From positions 187,795 through 251,794 of the forward strand of contig JBBTTA010000001.1 of the NCBI GenBank assembly GCA_038064475.1: 64,000 nt of DNA. The letters run 5' to 3'. Made by a program: the position numbers and the translations under genes. Below the pieces are notes generated by a model that made no database searches, was not told where the DNA came from, and was given only the letters and a program-made list of their open reading frames with translations. Source of the stretch: Patescibacteria group bacterium. Lineage in GTDB: Bacteria; Patescibacteriota; Minisyncoccia; Phycocordibacterales; EsbW-18. This document shows, piece after piece, positions 7,261-14,431 of the stretch; position 1 is the first letter of the stretch; every line of letters starts with the position of its first letter.

Positions 7261-7923
7261 CTACTTGCCTGCCTGCGCAGGCAGGCGAACGGCCAGGAAC
7301 CGACAGGCGACGCCCCAGCCGACGCCGTCCCGCCAGCGGAGGCCGAGGCTCCGCCCCGCGTCGTGCCCATGGAGGTACGGGACGCGGCGGTCGCCACCGA
7401 CCAAGCCGACGGAGCCGAGCGCGATCACCGGGAACTGTCGCTGAACCTCGGGGAAGCTTGCCCCGAAGGCGAGCAACTCTGCGATGGTCGCAGCGCGGTA
7501 TCCCGCCTTGTCGAGCTCACGCTCGACTTCGTCGGTGGTGGTGTTGCGGTTGAAGTGGAAGAGCTTCCCGTCCACCATGACCGTACCACCACCCGTGATC
7601 GGAAACCGCGCAGCGGTGATCTCGTTGTTCCGCCAGTCATACTTACCGGCGGCGATCATCTCCTCGAGCGACTTCCCGAAATCGATGGTGAAACGGCAGA
7701 TGCCCGTCGCGAGGTCGATCGCCGGAGCGAGGGGCGCGACGAGAGCGTTCACGAGGGCGTCGATGACGCGCTCCATGTCCGTCTTGCCTTTGTCGGTGAC
7801 GAGCGCATGAATGCGCTCGTTGTCCCAGCCGCGGGACAGAAGCCCTTTCACGAGTCCGAGTGCGAGCTGCATGAGCCAGCCTGCCCCGGAAATGATCGCT
7901 ACGGGAGTGTTCTTGCTTGCCAT
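7261..7923 (-). CDS. DGR target (variable) protein of 220 aa. The VR encodes residues about 171-214. GC content is high, about 60%.
   Basis: The ORF has an AAGGAG RBS and a consensus promoter. The C-terminal 44 aa (SVGLVGGDRRVPYLHGHDAGRSLGLRWRDGVGWGVACRFLAVRL) are encoded by the VR. The N-terminal about 170 aa belong to no family I recognise. Confidence 0.8.
   Translation of the reverse strand: MASKNTPVAIISGAGWLMQLALGLVKGLLSRGWDNERIHALVTDKGKTDMERVIDALVNALVAPLAPAIDLATGICRFTIDFGKSLEEMIAAGKYDWRNNEITAARFPITGGGTVMVDGKLFHFNRNTTTDEVERELDKAGYRAATIAELLAFGASFPEVQRQFPVIALGSVGLVGGDRRVPYLHGHDAGRSLGLRWRDGVGWGVACRFLAVRLPAQAGK
7267..7286 (-). promoter_or_regulatory. Perfect GC-rich palindrome (GCCTGCCTGCGCAGGCAGGC) immediately 3' of the VR and overlapping the target stop codon.
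   Basis: The 20-nt perfect inverted repeat was read directly. Its position matches the DNA hairpin/cruciform required for homing downstream of Bordetella phage VR1. Confidence 0.65.
7284..7416 (-). repeat. DGR variable repeat (VR) at the 3' end of the target gene.
   Basis: The VR differs from the TR at about 25 positions, all at TR adenines (A to G, C or T on the minus strand). One 3-nt in-frame indel is present. The 3'-terminal about 23 nt are identical to the TR and look IMH-like. Confidence 0.85.
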
Positions 7924-7989
7924 CGTCGTACTCCTTTTTCTGACGTGCTCCCCACCCTCACCACAATGGTTCGGGCCTCGAGCTTGTCT

Positions 7990-8040
7990 GTTGGTTACAG
8001 CTTTTAAGGCACTACAGATGCTCTAAAAGCTGTAACCAAC
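7990..8040 (-). promoter_or_regulatory. 17-bp stem hairpin in the 5' UTR of the DGR target gene.
   Basis: GTTGGTTACAGCTTTTA ...15 nt loop... TAAAAGCTGTAACCAAC. The two arms are perfect complements. Confidence 0.5.
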
Positions 8041-8071
8041 GAGTAGTTCTCTCAATGTTCTTCTGCTGACC

Positions 8072-8100
8072 ATTATACACCTATTATGAGTGTATGTCAA
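8072..8100 (-). promoter_or_regulatory. Consensus sigma70 promoter (TTGACA, 17 nt spacer, TATAAT) driving the DGR target gene.
   Basis: The minus strand reads ctaTTGACAtacactcataataggtgTATAATggt. It sits 12 nt beyond the prfA stop. Confidence 0.6.
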
Positions 8101-8107
8101 TAGTCTG

Positions 8108-9082
8108 TTATTCTTGATCCACAGGTGTCATATCACCCGTGTATGCCGCCAAGCTGTCGATAATGCGGTCCATATTGCCTCCCAAGATGCCTGGAAGGTT
8201 TGACCAGCTCTCTTTGATGCGGTGGTCGGTAATGCGATCCTGTGGGAAGTTGTACGTGCGAATTTTTTCAGAACGGTCCCCTGTTCCAATCTGGGCCTTT
8301 CGCTCACTTGAGAGCTTTTTGGCATCTTCTTCAACTTTGAGCACATCAAGCTTTGCCTGAAGAATTTCAAAGGCTTTCTCACGGTTTCTCTGCTGGCTTC
8401 GCTCTGATTGTGATTTCACAATAATCCCCGTTGGTGTGTGTACAAGACGAACAGCTGTTTCCACTTTGTTTACGTTCTGTCCTCCCGCACCACCTGAACG
8501 CGTAAATGTCATTTCAACATCTGCCATATTAATCGGAACCATTCCTTTTGCGCGCATAGGAAGGATTGCAACTGATGCAGTTGATGTATGTACACGTCCC
8601 ATCTTTTCTGTAGCGGGAATTCGCTGTACACGATGAATACCTGTTTCAAATTGGAGTTCCTTGTACACGTCTTTTCCTTTTATTTCAAATGAGGCGTCTT
8701 TGTAGCCACCCATCGTTGCACGCGCTTCATCGACAACTGACGATGACCACCCTTTCCTCTCGGCGTACTTTCGATACATGTTTGCAAGTTCTTCAGCAAA
8801 AAGTGCCGCCTCTTCTCCGCCAGCGCCTGCACGCACTTCAAGAATAATTTCATTTGGAAATTCATCCTCTTCTTTTTCACTCTCAAGAATGCCTTTGATC
8901 TGTCCTTCGATAAAAGCATATTGCTCATCAATGCGAAGAATGTCTTCCTTTGCGAGATCTGCGAGTAGAGGATCATCCCCCGCTGCCGCTTCAGCTTCGG
9001 CACGCTCCTTTTGCAGACGCTCTAATTCAAGCGCTAAGTAGGCAGTTGTATGATTTTTTTTGAGTTCGTCGAGATCCATCAC
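8108..9082 (-). CDS. prfA: Peptide chain release factor 1.
   Basis: The GGQ motif (RSGGAGGQNVNKVETAVRL), the RF1-type PAT tripeptide (RIPATEKMGRVHTS) and the RTYNFPQDRITDHRI C-terminal region are all present. Confidence 0.9.
   Translation of the reverse strand: MMDLDELKKNHTTAYLALELERLQKERAEAEAAAGDDPLLADLAKEDILRIDEQYAFIEGQIKGILESEKEEDEFPNEIILEVRAGAGGEEAALFAEELANMYRKYAERKGWSSSVVDEARATMGGYKDASFEIKGKDVYKELQFETGIHRVQRIPATEKMGRVHTSTASVAILPMRAKGMVPINMADVEMTFTRSGGAGGQNVNKVETAVRLVHTPTGIIVKSQSERSQQRNREKAFEILQAKLDVLKVEEDAKKLSSERKAQIGTGDRSEKIRTYNFPQDRITDHRIKESWSNLPGILGGNMDRIIDSLAAYTGDMTPVDQE
8122..8166. repeat. Right direct repeat. This is the authentic prfA 3' coding end.
   Basis: It matches 5355-5399 at 44 of 45 nt. 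Confidence 0.8.
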
Positions 9083-9336
9083 GTTAGAGACAGGAAACGT
9101 TTGAGACGATTCTTGATATACCGTTCTCCCATTCCTGATTTTAAATATTTTTCCCTTGCCCTTGCGTCATCCTCATTATGGCATGCCTCGTAGTATATAA
9201 CCGACCAAGGAGTATATCTTTTTGTCCAATAACTTTTACCTTTGTTATGTTCATTCAAACGTTTCCGTAAATCTTTCGTTACTCCCGTATACAGTTTGTC
9301 TGCCTTTTTACTTTTTAGAATATATACGTAAAACAT
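9079..9336 (-). CDS. GIY-YIG nuclease-domain protein of 85 aa.
   Basis: MFYVYILKSKKADKLYTGVTKDLRKRLNEHN...WTKRYTPWSVIYYE is the GIY-YIG/UPF0213 signature. It overlaps the prfA start by 4 nt. Confidence 0.7.
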   Translation of the reverse strand: MFYVYILKSKKADKLYTGVTKDLRKRLNEHNKGKSYWTKRYTPWSVIYYEACHNEDDARAREKYLKSGMGERYIKNRLKRFLSLT

Positions 9337-9423
9337 ACTGTATGGTCTCTAACGTGATCCATAGATCAATGCTAGCACAGAGAAAGCGCCGCCCGCTTCA
9401 TGCGGACGGCGCTTTCAAAAACG

Positions 9424-9699
9424 TTACGCTTCTGTCTTCTTAGGAGCTCGTGGCTTCTTTGTTGCCGCAACCTTCTTCACGCTCTCGCGCTTTGATGTCG
9501 CAACACCCTGACGAGTCTTGAACTTCTCAAGACGGCCGGCGAGGATCTTCTTACTGTCGTCCCCGATATAGAACGGATGGCACGCAGAACACACTTCAAC
9601 ATCAATAGTTTCCTTGGTTGAACCAACCGTAAACGTGTTCCCACAGGCGCACTTAACAGCCGCCTTTGGGAAATATGTTGGGTGTATATCGGTCTTCAT
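9424..9699 (-). CDS. rpmE: 50S ribosomal protein L31. The start is at the internal Met of the 138-aa ORF.
   Basis: MKTDIHPTYFPKAAVKCACGNTFTVGSTKETIDVEVCSACHPFY is the L31 signature with its CxxC...C zinc ribbon. A Lys-rich C-terminal extension follows. Confidence 0.8.
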   Translation of the reverse strand: MKTDIHPTYFPKAAVKCACGNTFTVGSTKETIDVEVCSACHPFYIGDDSKKILAGRLEKFKTRQGVATSKRESVKKVAATKKPRAPKKTEA

Positions 9700-9764
9700 A
9701 TAAAGTAGAGGTTGGAAGTTAGAGGTTGGAGATTGGTACACGGAACCACCTAACAGCCGAAGCA

Positions 9765-9794
9765 TACTAGCACAAAATATGCGTTTTCTGCAAG
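9765..9794 (-). promoter_or_regulatory. Sigma70-like promoter (TTGCAG, 18 nt spacer, TAGTAT) for rpmE.
   Basis: The minus strand reads TTGCAGaaaacgcatattttgtgcTAGTAT, about 60 nt upstream of the rpmE ATG. Confidence 0.4.
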
Positions 9795-9870
9795 TTCCCA
9801 GTTCTTTTTTCTTTACGGTAGAGCGAGCATACTCTTCCAATCCTTCTTTCTTTACGGTGGAGCGAGCTTG

Positions 9871-9975
9871 CTACACCACAATGACTCGCGCAGACCGACG
9901 GGCCGAACGGGAGTGCCGTTTCAGCAGAAACGGACACGTGTCATTGTGGTGTGGCCAAGCGAGCACTTTTTTTGG
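9871..9975 (+). other. Structured intergenic element. A 12-bp outer stem (CACCACAATGAC/GTCATTGTGGTG) encloses an inner 7-bp hairpin and is followed by a T7 run on the plus strand. Two 21-nt direct repeats (TTCTTTACGGTnGAGCGAGC) lie nearby.
   Basis: Read directly. It may be a plus-strand terminator or an r-protein leader. No known RNA family was recognised. Confidence 0.3.
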
Positions 9976-9982
9976 CAACTTT

Positions 9983-10573
9983 TTACTCTAGCCCCTGCTG
10001 TGCCAAAAGAAGTGCGATGAGTTCTAGTATGAGCTCTCGAAGCCGTTCGAGAATGACTATACGAGCCGCAGAATCTAATTCTGTTATAACAGGTGTCTCT
10101 GGTGCAACAACTACTTCAGGTTGTGTAAGAGCTACAGGAGGTGGAATAACACGACTTGATGAGCCCCCTCCGCCACCTCCAGCGTCAGGGTCAGTACAAG
10201 TACCTGATGGCGTTACTGTAATCGTTACCGTTCCTCCCAGAAGACCGAGCCGTGATTCTCCTCCTGAACAATATTCACTAGTCACATACCCCTCTGGCCC
10301 GTTGTGTGTAAAACCAACACCATCGGCAGAAGCGACAATAATCGCTGAACTAAACGGCAGTGTCACGACGAAATTTGTCGGATTGATGATAATTTGTTCA
10401 ATGAGTGCGCTTGAACCATATATCGTGAGTTCATATCCATTGACATCCAGAATCGTTGTCGTCTCAAGTATAACATCATTAAACACCGCATTCGATATAA
10501 ATGGCAGACAAAGAAGAACAAGAGCTGGAATAAATAGTCTTTTCATAAATTGAAGGAGAAAGATTATGAGCAC
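9983..10573 (-). CDS. Secreted hypothetical protein with a signal peptide and a Gly-rich segment.
   Basis: The N-terminus is hydrophobic (MLIIFLLQFMKRLFIPALVLLCLPFISNA). There is a GGGGGGSSS linker. Confidence 0.45.
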   Translation of the reverse strand: MLIIFLLQFMKRLFIPALVLLCLPFISNAVFNDVILETTTILDVNGYELTIYGSSALIEQIIINPTNFVVTLPFSSAIIVASADGVGFTHNGPEGYVTSEYCSGGESRLGLLGGTVTITVTPSGTCTDPDAGGGGGGSSSRVIPPPVALTQPEVVVAPETPVITELDSAARIVILERLRELILELIALLLAQQGLE

Positions 10574-11265
10574 GTTCCTGCTCCATCAACCGCGCTCCAT
10601 GTAGAACCGTCGCACTGACAAAGGTCTGGACCAGTTGTGTCTACGTAGTATGCGTAGTATCCAGAAGGAGCAATCGTTGTGTTACACGTAGGCAAAGTTG
10701 CTGCCGCAGGGATTGCAAATGCATCGGCAGATTTTACCGCCCCACCTGTTGTGTTAAATGTTATTTGATCGGCCGCAGTGATATTCACATCTGCACCTGT
10801 ACCTCCTGCGTTTAACGTTATGGAAGAGTTTGTTCCTGAAGTAAGAAATTGAACAAACCCTCCTGCACCATTTGAATTGACCTCACAAGATGCTGAATCT
10901 CCATCACAATCAAATTCAACAGTATTTGAACTACCATCATCAGCTATATATATATTAAAGTTTTCAGAGCCTGGAAAAAGTGTAAGCGAGTCTCCGCTTG
11001 CACTTTGTAAAGTAAAGCCCCCTGCGCCAGCTTCAAGAAGTTGAATTTCGTATTCGCCACTTAATTCCGTGTTTATGTCCGTTGCGGATAGTACAAATTG
11101 ATCTGATGCGCGAAGCGTAATGTCAGCTCCCGCCGTTGTCGTTGATGCAGTGAATGTACCTGTCGTCGTTATGTTAGTCCCAATCGTCGTTGCCGCAGTC
11201 ACGGCAAGAGCCGTTGAGAAGAAGAGTGCAACGATCGGTGTGAGCCATTTAGAAAATTTTTCCAT
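10564..11265 (-). CDS. Secreted Thr/Ser/Gly-rich hypothetical surface protein.
   Basis: It has a signal peptide (MEKFSKWLTPIVALFFSTALAVTAA) and low-complexity T/S/G-rich sequence. It overlaps the downstream ORF by 10 nt. Confidence 0.45.
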   Translation of the reverse strand: MEKFSKWLTPIVALFFSTALAVTAATTIGTNITTTGTFTASTTTAGADITLRASDQFVLSATDINTELSGEYEIQLLEAGAGGFTLQSASGDSLTLFPGSENFNIYIADDGSSNTVEFDCDGDSASCEVNSNGAGGFVQFLTSGTNSSITLNAGGTGADVNITAADQITFNTTGGAVKSADAFAIPAAATLPTCNTTIAPSGYYAYYVDTTGPDLCQCDGSTWSAVDGAGTCS

Positions 11266-11353
11266 AGCAAAAATTAAAAAAATAATATGAACTGTTTTCT
11301 ATAGGGTACCCCCTCTCAAAGAAAAAGATACCCTTCTGTTGAAAACTCGGGAA

Positions 11354-12745
11354 CTAATCGTCATCTTCTTCCGCGCGTTCAATGGGGTCAATCATAGTCG
11401 TCTGAATTGTCTGTGCATGTGCAATCACACTTGAAGCATAGCCTTGGCCAAGAGTTGCCCAGTTACCACCCGCGTAGTAGCGAGCCGCCGCTTCGTGTTC
11501 TGCGCTGTATCCTCCAATACCTGCACCAAGGTCAGCAAGATAGACGGCCGATGCAATGAAAGCATGTCGTGGGTTCCATGGATCAGGATACTCATCAAGC
11601 ATGTCTTCAAGACGTGGAATGTATGCGCTCCATGTTGAAGGGATAAACTGCGCAGGCCCCATTGCACCTCCGTATCCTGTTGAGAGTGGGCACGACACTT
11701 TTGTTTCAAGAGGTTCTCGATCAAGCTCTTTCATAATTGTTTGGAACACGGGAAGATCGCGAAGAGGATGAATACCGTTCAAGAACGTATTGCCTGAATT
11801 AACACTGCGTGTCTCTCCTGTTTTGAGATTTGTAATGATACATGAACCCACGTTTTGTCCGATGTTACTTTCTTGTTTCAAAATACCAAGTAAGAATGCG
11901 GGACGAACACCGGTGAGACGTTCTGCTTCCTTCGCATACACAAGAGCTTCACCGAATTGAATACCATCAGAATCACGGAGTGAGAAGAGTTCTGCACTGA
12001 TACGCGCCGCTTCGGCGCGGCGCTCCGCAATCAATTTATTGTAGAGAGCCTCCTGTCCTTTGGTAATACCAAGCACGTACTGCTTCTCATCTTCTTGCGC
12101 TTCAATCTTTTGCTTTTCGATTTCTTGCGCGTATTTGTGATCAATTTCTTGTGTTTGCGCTGTTTGAAGTGACGCTCGCTCTACCTCCGTATCCTCTTTT
12201 GTATCTTCAATTTCACGAAATGATTTTTGAAGTTCCAAACTGACCACTTGAAATGCGTCGAGATCGGTAAAAAATTCTGAGATATTGTCTTTTGAAAGCG
12301 CGAGTTCAATAATCGTACGGTCATCAAGTTTGTGTGTTGCCTGCAACAAGTGTGCCAACGAAACTTGCTGTCGTGTGTATTTTTCACTGAGTGCCTGAAT
12401 CGTTGTTTTACGCTCCGTGATTTCTCCGCCAAGTTGTTTAATTTTTATGTTACGCGCCTGAATTTCAAGTTGTGCTTTTTTAATATCAGCCTCGAGAAGC
12501 GCTACGTCCCGTTCAAGTGATGCTCGTTCTGCACTCTTTTCTTGTGCAAACACAGACAGTGCAGCGATTTCACGCATCTTTGCTTCAAGCTCTTTTTGAA
12601 GCTCTTCCTCACGCTCTTCGAGCGCGTCATCGTCGTCGTTCGATGCAGCAAAAACAGTAAGAGGTGCCCCATACAAAACAACCGCGCATAAAAACGCGAT
12701 TGTAATGATGCTTGTCGTATACAAATAGTTTCGTGCGAGTGTCAT
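11354..12745 (-). CDS. Coiled-coil protein with a C-terminal lytic-transglycosylase-like domain. The start is at Met53 of the ORF.
   Basis: It has a signal/TM region (MTLARNYLYTTSIITIAFLCAVVLYG), a long Glu/Lys/Gln-rich coiled coil, and a C-terminus with RPAFLLGILKQESNIGQNVG...AFIASAVYL in the style of an SLT/MltB-like domain. Confidence 0.55.
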   Translation of the reverse strand: MTLARNYLYTTSIITIAFLCAVVLYGAPLTVFAASNDDDDALEEREEELQKELEAKMREIAALSVFAQEKSAERASLERDVALLEADIKKAQLEIQARNIKIKQLGGEITERKTTIQALSEKYTRQQVSLAHLLQATHKLDDRTIIELALSKDNISEFFTDLDAFQVVSLELQKSFREIEDTKEDTEVERASLQTAQTQEIDHKYAQEIEKQKIEAQEDEKQYVLGITKGQEALYNKLIAERRAEAARISAELFSLRDSDGIQFGEALVYAKEAERLTGVRPAFLLGILKQESNIGQNVGSCIITNLKTGETRSVNSGNTFLNGIHPLRDLPVFQTIMKELDREPLETKVSCPLSTGYGGAMGPAQFIPSTWSAYIPRLEDMLDEYPDPWNPRHAFIASAVYLADLGAGIGGYSAEHEAAARYYAGGNWATLGQGYASSVIAHAQTIQTTMIDPIERAEEDDD

Positions 12746-12785
12746 AGATGCTTCCCGACATCTACCATCGCGGCACTCTGTTGTG

Positions 12786-13454
12786 TTATGCCGCAGGGGT
12801 TTCTTCAGGAGCTGATGCCTCCCCTTCACCTTCCTCTTCTTTCTTACCCTTCTTCTCAACTTCGATAGCGTCCATGTCGATTGCTTCGACTGGTACTTCA
12901 ACTTCTTCTTCCTTAGGTTCAGTCACCGATACAATTGTATCATCTGGATTTCCGATGATTTCTACTCCGTGAACGGCTCCAATATCTTTTATGGAGATAT
13001 GCGACTGGAATGTTTCAAGACTTGAAATATCAATTTTGATTGTGTGTGGAAGATCCTTCGGCAATGCTTCAACTTCGATCTCGTGAACAACCTTCATCAA
13101 GGTACCGCCAAGGTTCTTCACTGCGGCAGATTCGCCAATGAATTCGAGAGGAACGTGCGTCTTCACCTTCTTACCCTTTTCAACAGCATAGAAATCAACA
13201 TGCTGCACAATGTCAGTTACAGGATGTACATCCACTTCGTGGATCAAGACATCTTTGTCTTCATCAATACCCTGAAGCACAACAACGGTTGTTTCTCCGG
13301 CCGCTCGCCACACCTTCTCGAATTCCTTACGATTGAGAGTCACTGGAGTTGATGCTTCTTTTGGACCATAGAAAACAGCCGGAACCTTGCCTTCCTCGCG
13401 AAGTGTGTCCGGAGCTACCTCCATGTCTCGTGCTGTGACGTTTAGTGTCTGCAT
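12786..13454 (-). CDS. rplY: 50S ribosomal protein L25 / general stress protein Ctc.
   Basis: LNVTARDMEVAPDTLREEGKVPAVFYG...LQGIDEDKDVLIHEVDVHPVTD matches the L25/Ctc family. An acidic C-terminal tail is present. Confidence 0.8.
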   Translation of the reverse strand: MQTLNVTARDMEVAPDTLREEGKVPAVFYGPKEASTPVTLNRKEFEKVWRAAGETTVVVLQGIDEDKDVLIHEVDVHPVTDIVQHVDFYAVEKGKKVKTHVPLEFIGESAAVKNLGGTLMKVVHEIEVEALPKDLPHTIKIDISSLETFQSHISIKDIGAVHGVEIIGNPDDTIVSVTEPKEEEVEVPVEAIDMDAIEVEKKGKKEEEGEGEASAPEETPAA

Positions 13455-13519
13455 AATGAAAACGCTCGAAAGCGCTTATGGAATGAGTATTACACAAGAA
13501 AGAGGTGAAATCAACCCCA

Positions 13520-14383
13520 TTATTTCCCCGCAAAGAGTTTGATGTAGCGTTCAACAATCGCCTCAACTGACGTAATGGCCTCTCGAGAAAGTTTGTAAGG
13601 AGCGAGTTCGTCGGCGTTTTCCGAGAGCGATTTTGTCATTGCTTGCCGGTCTGCAAGGCGAAGTTCAGTTGAAATATGTATAACACTGATACCTGCTTTA
13701 ATTGCGTCAATAAAATCTTGGTCTGTGATGCCTGAGCCGCCATGAAGCACGAGGGGTATCCCCGCGGCGGCGGCAACATCTCGTACACGCTCGATTGAAA
13801 GCTTTGGGTTTCCATAACCTTTAATCAATCCATGAATATTCCCAACCGCTGGCGCAAAAAGATCAACATCTGTTTCTTTCACAAAACGTTCTGCTTCATC
13901 TGGCTTCGTCATCATGTCTTCTGTTGCTACCGCGCCTTCTGGAATTGCATCAAGTAATTGTGAACCACTCCCGATGTATCCCAATTCTGCTTCGACAAGT
14001 ACTTCATAATCTGATTTTTTTGCATACACAACACACTCTTTTGCTTTTGCGATGTTTTCTTCAAGCGATAATTTTGCTCCGTCAAAAATGACAGAATCAA
14101 ACCCTGCGTCAATTGCTTCTTTAACACGCTCAACACTGTACGTATGATCGGCATTTAAATAGACAGGAAGTCCTTCCTCTTTGTAGACACCAATGAGCGC
14201 GGCAATCTGCGCGACGCCGAAGGCGTCGCGCTCCCCCTCTGACACTCCGACGATTGCTGGCAGTCCTGTTGCTCGAATGGCGTTCACTACCGCTGTAAGC
14301 ATCTCTAGATTCCCCACATTAAAATGCCCAATAGCACGGCCCTCCTTCTGAGCATCCTGTATTTCGTCGCGAAGCGTTTTCAT
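13520..14383 (-). CDS. fba: Class II fructose-bisphosphate aldolase. The start is at Met144 of the ORF (MKTLRDE...).
   Basis: AIGHFNVGNLEMLTAVVNAIRATGLPAIVGVSEGE...YLNADHT...LHGGSGITDQDFIDAIKAGISVIHISTEL carries the class II FBA motifs. Confidence 0.85.
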   Translation of the reverse strand: MKTLRDEIQDAQKEGRAIGHFNVGNLEMLTAVVNAIRATGLPAIVGVSEGERDAFGVAQIAALIGVYKEEGLPVYLNADHTYSVERVKEAIDAGFDSVIFDGAKLSLEENIAKAKECVVYAKKSDYEVLVEAELGYIGSGSQLLDAIPEGAVATEDMMTKPDEAERFVKETDVDLFAPAVGNIHGLIKGYGNPKLSIERVRDVAAAAGIPLVLHGGSGITDQDFIDAIKAGISVIHISTELRLADRQAMTKSLSENADELAPYKLSREAITSVEAIVERYIKLFAGK

Positions 14384-14431
14384 AAAAATAGTGTACCACA
14401 AGGCCATAAAGCTCCATGCTATACTTTTTCC

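Larger units (their letters stand above)
5355..8166 (-). mobile_element. Diversity-generating retroelement (DGR) cassette of about 2.8 kb, inserted between rpsB and the prfA 3' end. It is bounded by 45-bp direct repeats.
   Basis: Direct repeats at 5355-5399 and 8122-8166 match at 44 of 45 nt. The cassette holds a Brt-like RT, an Avd-like gene, a TR/VR pair with adenine-only mismatches, a target gene and a post-VR hairpin. Confidence 0.75.

Noticed and set aside
7071-8007. Plus-strand Arg/Pro-rich ORFs (7071-7553, 7190-7444, 7363-8007, 7484-7810) overlapping the DGR target.
   Set aside because: They are antisense readings of the high-GC target gene and TR/VR region. High GC inflates spurious ORF length, and the minus-strand ORF carries the RBS, promoter and VR in frame.
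9951-10553. 200-aa plus-strand ORF.
   Set aside because: It is antisense to the better-supported secreted protein at 9983-10573 (signal peptide, operon context) and is Ser-rich low complexity.
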